A stretch of 64,000 nucleotides of DNA from positions 1 through 64,000 of the forward strand of contig JAYTOU010000033.1 in the NCBI GenBank assembly GCA_043747615.1, in the 5' to 3' direction. The notes under the pieces were generated by a model. That model had not been told where the DNA came from. It did not search any database and was given only the letters and a program-made list of their open reading frames with translations. The translations under genes were made by a program, and so were the position numbers. Origin of the DNA: Myxococcales bacterium (GTDB lineage: Bacteria > Myxococcota_A > Polyangia > Polyangiales > Polyangiaceae). This document shows positions 28,135 to 37,100 of this stretch, one piece after another (position 1 is the first letter of the stretch; each line of letters opens with the position of its first letter).

Positions 28135-28734
28135 ATGGAACTGAGCGTTCTCCTCGAGCCCACGATCAACTTTCATCGGCTGAGAGAGGTCCTCGACGGC
28201 CTCGGGCACCTGGCCCGCGTCGACACCATTCGCGGCTGGAACAAGGCAACGCAGGCCGCGCTCTTCGAGGGCGCCGCGGGCCACACGATCACCCTCGACA
28301 ACTTCGTACCGAGCGACGCCGGTCCGCTCGTCGAAGTGATTCACCACGGAAAAAACAGCCTCCCGGTGTTCACGCACTTCCAGAAGCGCTTCTGTAAGCC
28401 GAAGGACCCCGAAGTGACGGGCAAGCAGCTGCTCGGCTACAACCACCAGGATCTGAGCTGGGCCACCGGGCCCGGCTACTTCGTCACCGTCCCCGGAGAG
28501 AACGCGGGCGAGGTCGACATCGACTACCGAAAGATCCCCACCGAAAAACCGGGTAGCTGGCCCGCCATTCAGCCGAACTCCGTGCGTCTCGGCGGCCTCG
28601 TCTACGGCGGGATGGTCGACGTGATGCGCGGCGTCTCCGAGCACGTCACCGTGGGGCGCGCCCGCAAAGGCGGCAAATGGATGGATGCATGGTTCGTGCT
28701 CTGCCGTGAGCCGCTTGCCCCGGTCGCCGCCTAG
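28135..28734 (+). CDS. Hypothetical protein
   Basis: 199-aa ORF with host-like codon usage and globular composition; stop overlaps the next start. Confidence 0.75.
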   Translation: MELSVLLEPTINFHRLREVLDGLGHLARVDTIRGWNKATQAALFEGAAGHTITLDNFVPSDAGPLVEVIHHGKNSLPVFTHFQKRFCKPKDPEVTGKQLLGYNHQDLSWATGPGYFVTVPGENAGEVDIDYRKIPTEKPGSWPAIQPNSVRLGGLVYGGMVDVMRGVSEHVTVGRARKGGKWMDAWFVLCREPLAPVAA

Positions 28735-29951
28735 TGGAGGTCTTCGTCAATCAACACCGCGCGCTTCTGCTGAAGATGGCTCGTGTTTATGTGCAGACGA
28801 ACGCGGAGAAAATTTCTGCCGAAGACGTGGCGCGCGAGCTCGAGATCGAACTCCTGCAGCTCGGAAAATCGAAGACCCTTGCGCCGACGGCGATTGCCAC
28901 GCCGGACGCTTTTTTTCGGAGCATCGTTCGCCACGCGGCAGGCCGAGCCAAGCGCCGCCACACCCTCATCCAGCAGGTCGCAGCCGGCGACGATCTCAAC
29001 GCCGTCTCCGAGGATCTCGCTGCGCTCGATGCCGATCTTCCTCCGCCTCCCTCGCCGCCAGACGTGGCGTCTCGCGAAGCACGCGCGCAGCTCGATGGTC
29101 TGAAGGCCGCGCTCGCTCCGCACGATCGTCTCCTTTTTTCTCTCCTCATCGAGGACGACAGCAGCGAAGAGATCGTGGCGACGACCATTGGCTTGTCCGA
29201 AACCGACGTGCGCGCCGCGCGCGATCGGATGGTCGAGCACGCCGGGACGCTGAACATCGAGGGCGAGGCCGACCGCCGCGGGGGAGCAGCGAGCCCTCCG
29301 GAGAAGCGACGCGAGACCAAGCTACGCGAGCTTGCGCGAAGCACGGGCAGCGCCGCGCTGAGCTCCGGGCACGTTGAAGAGCCTATTTTGGCTCTCATTC
29401 GCCACGGAGATCTCTCCGCCGATCTGAACGACGCCATCGTCCACACCGCGTCGTGCGTCGACTGCCGCGCCCGCCTCACGGACGGAGAGGTGGAGCGGCG
29501 CAGCTTGGTGGTCATGGCGATCGAGGCTCCGCGCGGAAGCCAATTCGATCTCACCAACCTCCTCGAGGACTCCGGCGCGACTCTCCAGGAGCGCGGTGAG
29601 GGGCGATGGACTGCGGTGGTCGATGCCGCCAAGGCCGACGCGCTCAAGGGGAGGCTGGAGGCACGAAAAGAGGGCGAGGTATCTGTCGTGACCCGCCTGG
29701 CGATCGCCACGCCGATCGAAGTGCCGGTCACGGCCGATCCCTCGAAGGCTGGCGGGCGACGGCCAATGCAGTCATATCCAGAATATATCGCGGGCGCCGA
29801 CCGCGGAATCGATGCCGCCGAGGTCTCTGCGTGGGCACAGGTAAGGCACGCGCCGATCCGGAACGCGGCTCCCAGTCCGGCGTGGTCGCTCTTCGCGATC
29901 TGCGCCGTGCTCCTCGCCGTCGCCATTGCGTACTTCCTCGCCACGCGCTGA
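28734..29951 (+). CDS. Degenerate ECF sigma-like domain fused to a zinc-binding anti-sigma (ZAS) motif and C-terminal TM helix
   Basis: Sigma2-like (LLLKMAR..AEDVARE..FFRSIVRH) and sigma4-like (L.PHDRLLFSL..EEIVATTIGLS..VRAARDR) segments, then H..HTASCVDC, terminal hydrophobic helix. Confidence 0.65.
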   Translation: MEVFVNQHRALLLKMARVYVQTNAEKISAEDVARELEIELLQLGKSKTLAPTAIATPDAFFRSIVRHAAGRAKRRHTLIQQVAAGDDLNAVSEDLAALDADLPPPPSPPDVASREARAQLDGLKAALAPHDRLLFSLLIEDDSSEEIVATTIGLSETDVRAARDRMVEHAGTLNIEGEADRRGGAASPPEKRRETKLRELARSTGSAALSSGHVEEPILALIRHGDLSADLNDAIVHTASCVDCRARLTDGEVERRSLVVMAIEAPRGSQFDLTNLLEDSGATLQERGEGRWTAVVDAAKADALKGRLEARKEGEVSVVTRLAIATPIEVPVTADPSKAGGRRPMQSYPEYIAGADRGIDAAEVSAWAQVRHAPIRNAAPSPAWSLFAICAVLLAVAIAYFLATR

Positions 29952-29964
29952 TGCCTCGAAAAAG

Positions 29965-31092
29965 ATGTACGAGCTCCACGTCGCATCGCGCGTAAAGGAC
30001 ATCCCGCGTGAGAGCTGGGACGCGCTGGTCGGCGACCGCGACTCTCCGTTCGTCGAGTGGACGTGGCTCGACTGCCTCGAAGAGTCGGGCTGCGTGGGGC
30101 CCGAGGTGGGGTGGCTTCCGTGTCACCTCGCCCTTCACAAGAAGGGAAAGCTCGTAGCCGTCGCGCCGACCTATTTGAAAGACAACAGCGAAGGCGAGTT
30201 CGTCTTCGACTGGAACTGGGCCGACCTCGCGACGCGGATGCACGTTCCCTACTACCCAAAGCTCGTCGTGGGCGTCCCTTTCACACCTGCGACCGGCGCG
30301 CGCATCCTCACCGCTCCCGGGGAAAATAGGGCCGAGCTCGTGCAGGCGATGGCCGGTGCGCTCGTGAAGGTGGCCCCCGAGATGAAGGCCCACAGCATCC
30401 ACGTGCTCTTTCCTACGGAAGAGGAGACGAAGCTCTGGTGCGAGCGGGACTACCTTCATCGCGTTGGTGTCCAGTTTCACTGGCGAAACAACGGCTACAA
30501 AACCTTCGACGACTTTCTCGCCTCGTTCAACGCCAAAAAGCGCGCGCAGATCAAGCGTGAGGTCCGCCAACCGGAAAAAGACGGCGTGACGATCGAGACG
30601 CTCGCCCCGGGCGAGTACACGAAAGAGACGACGCCCGTCATGTACGAGTTCTATGCGACGACGGTCGACAAGTTCCGATGGGGAAGACGCTACTTGAACG
30701 AGCGGTTCTTCGAGCTCTTGGTGGAGCGTTTCCAGTCTCGCCTGGCCTGGGTCATCGCTCGCCGCGGCGGCAAGCCCATCGCCGGCGCGTTCAACGTGGT
30801 CAAAGGAAAGACGCTCTACGGTCGCTACTGGGGGGCAAATGAGGACTTCCCCTTTCTGCACTTCAACGTTTGCTACTACCACGGCATCAAGGAGTGCATC
30901 GCGCGCGGCCTGGACGTCTTCGAGCCCGGAGCCGGTGGCGAGCACAAAAGGGTCCGCGGATTTTTTCCGACGGTCACCCACTCGGCGCACTGGCTCGAGG
31001 ACCACCGGATGCGCGACGTAATCGACGACTTCCTCGAGCGCGAGCGGGCCGCGGTCATGCGTCACGTCGCGGAGCACGCTCCGGAACTCTGA
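29965..31092 (+). CDS. FemAB-like GNAT protein (DUF482 family)
   Basis: SEGEFVFDWNWA, YYPKLVVGVPFTPATG, LYGRYWG, LHFNVCYY, FEPGAGGEHK. Confidence 0.93.
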   Translation: MYELHVASRVKDIPRESWDALVGDRDSPFVEWTWLDCLEESGCVGPEVGWLPCHLALHKKGKLVAVAPTYLKDNSEGEFVFDWNWADLATRMHVPYYPKLVVGVPFTPATGARILTAPGENRAELVQAMAGALVKVAPEMKAHSIHVLFPTEEETKLWCERDYLHRVGVQFHWRNNGYKTFDDFLASFNAKKRAQIKREVRQPEKDGVTIETLAPGEYTKETTPVMYEFYATTVDKFRWGRRYLNERFFELLVERFQSRLAWVIARRGGKPIAGAFNVVKGKTLYGRYWGANEDFPFLHFNVCYYHGIKECIARGLDVFEPGAGGEHKRVRGFFPTVTHSAHWLEDHRMRDVIDDFLERERAAVMRHVAEHAPEL

Positions 31093-31135
31093 CGTCCACG
31101 TCGTGACGGGCTGCATCCACGGCGCTACGGCTGCG

Positions 31136-31891
31136 TTACTTGAAGCTGTCCTTCGCGCTGCGAATCGCGCCGAAGGCCTCCGCGTCGTCGGCCGCGGCAG
31201 AGATGCCCAACGTTTTTCGAATCGTCGCCGAGCGAACACGGAAGAAGGGATTCGTCTCGAGCTCTTCGCCGATGGTGCCGGGCACAGTGGGGCTCGGCCT
31301 TCCGCTACGCGCGGTGATCTTTGTGTTGTCGGGCTCGACGTGGGCGGCGAAGCGCAAGTTCGCCTCGGTGTACTCGTGACCGCAGTAGACGCGCGTGGCT
31401 GGCGGGAGCGCGGCGAGCTTCGCGAGCGATCTATTCATCATGGGTGGAGTGCCCTCGAACATCCGCCCGCACCCCGCGAGAAAGAGCGTGTCTCCGGTGA
31501 AGATCGCGGACTCGCCTTTCCTCGTGTCCGTCACCAGATAGCCGACGGCGCCGAGGGTGTGACCCGGAATGTGAAGAACTCGCACGTGAAGCGAGCCGAG
31601 CGCGAACGTCTCTCCGTCTTCGACGAAGCGCGTTTGCCCAGGAATTCGCCCGCGATCAGAGACATGACCGACGATCTCACGGACCTTGAAGTGCGCCGCG
31701 ACCTCTTCGTTTCCGCCGACGTGATCGAAATGATGGTGCGTGCTCCAGATGGCTCCGAATGTTTTGTCTCCCACTCCGGCGACGATGGGCGCGGTCTCCG
31801 ACGCGTCGACTAAGGTGCGCGCGTTCGTCTCCTGGCACTCCACCAGGTACGCGTAGTTGTCGTTGAGGCACGGGATGGCGGTGACGATCAT
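31136..31891 (-). CDS. gloB: Hydroxyacylglutathione hydrolase (glyoxalase II)
   Basis: DNYAYL, THHHFDHVGG, PGHT, TGDTLF.AGCGR, CGHEYT..N, E..TNPF. Confidence 0.95.
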   Translation of the reverse strand: MIVTAIPCLNDNYAYLVECQETNARTLVDASETAPIVAGVGDKTFGAIWSTHHHFDHVGGNEEVAAHFKVREIVGHVSDRGRIPGQTRFVEDGETFALGSLHVRVLHIPGHTLGAVGYLVTDTRKGESAIFTGDTLFLAGCGRMFEGTPPMMNRSLAKLAALPPATRVYCGHEYTEANLRFAAHVEPDNTKITARSGRPSPTVPGTIGEELETNPFFRVRSATIRKTLGISAAADDAEAFGAIRSAKDSFK

Positions 31892-33270
31892 TTCTTTTCC
31901 TCCGGAGCAGCGCCAGCGTCGCGAGGCTTCAAGTACGCGCCGTTCAAGCACGTCTCTTTGCACTGGTAGGGGGGCACGTCTTTCAATGTTTTCTCGTAGG
32001 TCTTGAAGCGCGAAACCATGTCGGCAAATACTTCGCCCCGCACGATGGGGCTCTTCTCTTCTGGGTCCGCCTCGAGATCGAAAACCTGGTTGTAGGCTTC
32101 GGTACCGAAGGCAATCAGCTTGTATTTCCCATGGATGAAAGCGCGACGCCGATCGTTGTCGCTGGTCGCCGGGAGATCGATCGCCATGTCGCGCGGCTCT
32201 GGCTTTGCGCCGTAAAGGTCCGGCACGAGGCTCTTGCCTTCGAACCCCGGGTCCGCAGTGATACCGAAGAGATCGAGGATGGTGGGCGCGACGTCGATGG
32301 CGCTGCGCGGCTCGTCGATCTTGCGCGGCGTTGCATTCGGCAGCACGACGAAGAGCGGTATGCGAACGAGGTTTTCCCATAGCTCGAAGCCGTGGAAGAA
32401 CTGCTTGTGCTCACCGAACGCCTCACCGTGATCGGCGGTGACCACGATCGCCGTGCGCTGTGACCACGGACGCGCCGCGACGAAGTCGAGCAACTTTCCG
32501 ATGTACCGGTCGGTGAACGTGACCTCCGCGTCGTAGCGATCGCGCTGCTGCTTTCCGTATGGGCCGATGCCTTCGTGCGCGAGGTACTGATCGTGAGGAT
32601 CGAGAAAATGGAACCAGGCGAAGAAGCGCGTGGCCTCGAGCGCCGGGTCCCCCAGTAGCTTTTCGGCGATCGCCTCCTGCTGCGGCGCGGTGATGTTCTC
32701 GTCCGTGGTGTTGTTCCACTTCATGTTGGGGACGAGCTCCCAAACGTCGAAGCCCTGATCGAATTTCGCGTCTTTGAAGTAACCGTGCGCGTGCGCGGCA
32801 ATGGTTCGGATGCCGTGCTCGTGGAGGACCTCAGGGAAGAACAGGTTCTCCTTTCCGTAGGTGCCGAAGAAGTAGCCGTCGCGTCGCAGCTCCCCAGGGA
32901 GCTTTCCGCCAAGCATCCCCCCGAGGCTCATGGAGGTGTACGACGAGAGCGAATAGGCGTGCGAGAAGTCGACCGAGCGTTTCTCGAGCTCCGTCAGGCG
33001 CGGTGCGATCGGACGCGGATATCCAGCCCAGGGCATGTCGGCCCGCAGGCAATCGATGGAGATGAGGATGACGTTGAGCTTCTCGGGCGGCCTCGTGGGG
33101 GGCGACGCGTCGACGATGCTCACCGCGACCGACGCGATGGCTGTCGGCGGCGGCGGCGGAGTCGTAGCCGTCGCCCCGCTCACGTCCTTGCACCCTTCGC
33201 ACCCGAGCGCGCCTCCGAGGAGACAAACGAGGACGCCGCCCCACGCGGCACGACGTCCCGAAAAGCTCAC
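31888..33270 (-). CDS. Sulfatase-like (alkaline phosphatase superfamily) exported protein
   Basis: NVILISIDCLRAD, HFLDPH, YDAEV, TADHGEAFGEH, RIPLFV, DLEADPEEK; GTGA overlap with the upstream stop. Confidence 0.88.
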   Translation of the reverse strand: MSFSGRRAAWGGVLVCLLGGALGCEGCKDVSGATATTPPPPPTAIASVAVSIVDASPPTRPPEKLNVILISIDCLRADMPWAGYPRPIAPRLTELEKRSVDFSHAYSLSSYTSMSLGGMLGGKLPGELRRDGYFFGTYGKENLFFPEVLHEHGIRTIAAHAHGYFKDAKFDQGFDVWELVPNMKWNNTTDENITAPQQEAIAEKLLGDPALEATRFFAWFHFLDPHDQYLAHEGIGPYGKQQRDRYDAEVTFTDRYIGKLLDFVAARPWSQRTAIVVTADHGEAFGEHKQFFHGFELWENLVRIPLFVVLPNATPRKIDEPRSAIDVAPTILDLFGITADPGFEGKSLVPDLYGAKPEPRDMAIDLPATSDNDRRRAFIHGKYKLIAFGTEAYNQVFDLEADPEEKSPIVRGEVFADMVSRFKTYEKTLKDVPPYQCKETCLNGAYLKPRDAGAAPEEKK

Positions 33271-34067
33271 TTCACGAAGACACGGGTGAAGGACGAGGCC
33301 CCCGCCTCGACTTTGGCTTTTCCGGTGTACGTGACGGCGCCTTCGACATGCGGAAAGGTGTCGAGCGTGCAGTTGGTCGGGGCAGTCGCGGCGAGCGTGA
33401 GGTCGGCGCCGATGTCGATGTTGTAGATGACGGCCGACGGCGTGGTCTGACCGTCGAGAACAACCATCGTCGAGCCGTCGGGGAAGCCGCCCTTGAAGTA
33501 CCGGACCTTGGAATTTCCCGGCACGGCCAAGGCAATCGTGGCCCCCGCTTCGCTCGCACACGCGCCGCCTGCGGACTTCGTGATGCCGACGCCGAGGACG
33601 CCCTTCGTCGTGTCGAATCCGGGGAGCGCGCCTTGGAGCATCGATTGCGTCCCCATGTCGACCATGCCGGTCGTGCTGCGATCGTAGTCGGCGGAGATCT
33701 GCCACTCCTGCTCGATGAGCTTCACGTGTGCCGGCTCGGTGACCGTCATGAAGTACGGGGTGTTGATGGGGACTGCGATCTCGTAGACGCCCTTGCTAGG
33801 CGCGCCCATGGTGACGGCGGAGTGCCCTCCGAGGTCGACCGTGGCGCCGACGACGCCGACCGCCTGACCGAGCTCGACCATTTTCCCTTTTTGCTTGGCC
33901 ATGCCGGCGCCCACCGAGCCGTCGCCGCCGCCTCCGTCGCCACCCGTGCCGCCGTCCCCACCTGTGGCCGAATTGTTGGTGGTGCTGCTGCTACAGCCAA
34001 ACGAAACGGCGCCGACCGACAGGGCGATCGTGGAAGCAACTAACGAAGCGAAGATGGGTCGAATCAT
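33267..34067 (-). CDS. Hypothetical lipoprotein (carboxypeptidase-regulatory-like beta domains)
   Basis: Signal peptide with SFGC, Gly-rich linker, beta-rich domain. Confidence 0.75.
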   Translation of the reverse strand: MIRPIFASLVASTIALSVGAVSFGCSSSTTNNSATGGDGGTGGDGGGGDGSVGAGMAKQKGKMVELGQAVGVVGATVDLGGHSAVTMGAPSKGVYEIAVPINTPYFMTVTEPAHVKLIEQEWQISADYDRSTTGMVDMGTQSMLQGALPGFDTTKGVLGVGITKSAGGACASEAGATIALAVPGNSKVRYFKGGFPDGSTMVVLDGQTTPSAVIYNIDIGADLTLAATAPTNCTLDTFPHVEGAVTYTGKAKVEAGASSFTRVFVK

Positions 34068-34132
34068 GGGGGGCTACTCCTTAGAAGAAAAGCGCCGACT
34101 GTCGGCGAGTGACCAAGCCTACCACGTGCGGC

Positions 34133-37100
34133 TCACGAGTCGATTGTCACCATCAGCTTCTCGCGGAGCGCGAAGTATTCTTCGCTCACGCTGAAGAGGA
34201 CGATTTCCTTCATGCGCTCTTTCGCCGCGACGCTGGCTGCATCTTCGGTGGCCCGCATGACCTCGGTCGAGATTTGCAGATCGTGCGCGAGGACGAAGCC
34301 GGCGCGATCGGCCGTGAGATCGACAGACGCGACCCACTTTTTCAGATCGAGCGCGCCGCCAGCCTGGAGGAGCTTCGAGACCAAGCTCGCCAGACGCTCG
34401 CGCTGCGCACCCTGGAATTCGTGGGCCATCGCGGCCATGGCTTCGCCTACTTGCCCCTGCAAATCAGCGGTTACGGGGAACTGCGGCACGCTCAGCTTGA
34501 TGGCGGCAAAGAGCCACGCCTTCAGCCCGGTACCCGTCGGGACGAGGTGACGCACATAATATCCGGGGCGGAAATACGTGAGGTGGCGCCCGGCCACGAA
34601 GGCGAGAGAAGGCGTCGACACTCGCGACTGCTCGAAGGCTGCGCGACCAAGAACGATCGACGGTGTCTGGGCGTGGAGGAATCCGAGCCCGCCCGGATCG
34701 TTTGGATTCTGGAAGACGAGCGGCGGGGCCATGCCGAGGACGCCTGAAGCGTAGTAGAGCGTCTGCGACACGGGATACGGGTGGAGAGAGAGATCGATCG
34801 CATAGCGCGTGTCGAAGCCCATGGCATCGAGCGCCTGGGTGCGGGTGCGGATGATGGTCGGCTGAATCATCGCGAAGATCTTGGTAACGAGCGCGTCCTG
34901 ATCGGTGTGGGCGAGGCGTGCCCAGTCGTCGTCGCTCAGCGCTGCCTGCGCGGGGGCTGCATTGTCGGCGCGGTGCCGCTTGTAGAAGCGCTCCTCGTCT
35001 GGCTCGGCGAGCTTGAGCACGGTGAGCGCCTGGCACAGGCACCAGGCTGCGTCCGCCCGCTTGGCCTCGGTGTAAAGACGGCGAAGAAGCTTGTAGCTCT
35101 CCACGCGGTAAGGATTTCGCTTGAGGATCTGGGTCTGCGATTTGACCGCTTTTTCCAGGTACTGAGTGACGTCGCTGGCGTACAGCTCGGCGAGGAGCTC
35201 CGCGCGGGGGCGGTCCTCTGGGTCGAAGGCTTGGGCCGCTTCGTACGCGTCGATCGCCATCTCCGGCTCGTTCAAGAACTTCTGGTAGAGCGCGCCGAGC
35301 TGGTCGAGGATCTGGGTGAGCTTGACGCGATCGCCCGCCGCTTTGGCCTGGTCGAGCTGCACCTTGAGGAGCCGCTCGATCCCGTCGTGATCGCCCTTGG
35401 TGCGGCGAAGCTCGATGGCCTCTTCGAGCGCCTTCACGAGCGTGGGATCGAACTCGAACGCGCGATCGTAGAAGGCGATGGCCTGATCGATCTCTCCGAG
35501 CTGACGGGCAGAGACGATAGCTGCGGTATGCATGTACTTCGCGCGCTGCTTGGGATCCTCGACGAAATCTGCCAGCCGGAGGACGACCTCGACCAGCTTC
35601 GCCCAATCCTTCTCCTCGGAGTAGAGCTGCATCAGGCGCGTCAGGAGCTTGCGATCGTCGGGACGCTCTTCGAGCGCGGCGACATAGGTCTTCGAGGCGA
35701 GCGAACGATCGTTCATCTTGTGGAAGTAGAGGTCGCCGATTTCAATGAGCAGATCGAATCGCTCGGCGCCGCTCGCCACGTCGAGCCTGCGCTTCTTCGT
35801 GCGCAAGACCTCCGGCCAATTTTCCTTCGCGTCGTAGATCTTCGCGAGCGCGCGGAGCGGCAGCGGATTCGAGGGATCGGCGTTGGCTGCCTCCTGCAGC
35901 GGCGTGATCGCAGCGTCGAGGTCCCCTGCCCGGCGTGCAGATTCTCCGAGGCCATAGAGCGCCTCTGCGCGCTCGGATGAGCCGAGGGCTTTGGCGTGCT
36001 TTGCCAAGATTTCCTCGTACATCTTTCGGGCCATCGGAGCTTCGCCATGCTCGAGGACGACCCTCGCCGCTCGCTGCAGCGCGTCGCCATCGGCGGGCGC
36101 GAGCTTCTGGAGAGCCTCGACGGCCGCGGCGATCCGGGGGTTCGGTGCGTGGATCGACGACGGCGCGACGGAGATCCGCCCCCCGCTGGTCGGGCTGCCA
36201 AGAGCGCTGGACGAGTGGGGACCAGAGTCGGCCACCTTGGGTGAAGCGCTCCCGCCGCCGCTCTTGCCGACCGCCTCGACGTAGCGAATGAGGACGCGGA
36301 TGGCGTCGTCTTTGTCTAGAGCAGTCGCGCGGTTGACAAGCGACTCGTAGTGCTTGGTGGCCTCGAGGAAGCGACCTCCGTTGTAAGCGAGATCGCCGAG
36401 CACGCTGAGGGCCTCCGCGTTGCTTGCGTCGAGCTCGAGGGCGCGCTTGGCGGCGACGGAGGCCTTCGGCTCGTCCTTCAGGCGATCGCGGTACACCTTC
36501 GCCATCTCGGCGTGGAGCCGGGCCTTGGCGAGATCTCCTTCGGCAAACGACAGCTCACGCTCGATGAGCGCGAGCGCGGACGTGCTGTCCCCGCGAACGG
36601 CAAACGCCTGACGGAGCGCGGAGGATGCGCCCGTGTCGCGCGGGTTCGCTTCGAGGGCGAGCTTGTAGCGTTCGATCGCCCCGTCTTTGTCGCCACGTGT
36701 CTCGAGCAGACGTGCCGCGCGCATCCATTGCTCACCCTTTGCCTCGGGCGTGCCCGCTTTGCCGGCGAGCACTTCGATCGCGCTAAGCGCAGCGTGCGCG
36801 TCACCCGAAAGCTCCTTTAAGTGAGCCATGGCCTCGAGCGCGCCGGGGTGACCCGACGAGAGCTGGAGGACTTGCTCATAAACGCGCATCGCGCGCTCGG
36901 GAGACCCGATCTGCTCGGCGAGGATGCGACCCTTCGCGACGAGGAGCTCGACCCGTCGCGGCTCGTCGGAGGTGACCGTCGCGTGCTTGTCGTAAAGCTT
37001 TACGAGCCCTTCCCAGTTGTCGAGCGCGCGATAATGCCGAGCAAGCGCGGTGAGCGCGTTGTCGTTCGGCGGATCGATCTTGAGGATCTCTTCGAGAGCG

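Noticed and set aside
28030..28644. Extension of the OmpA/Pal ORF to 385 aa
   Set aside because: It overlaps the plus-strand 199-aa gene; the lipoprotein signal starts at 28029.
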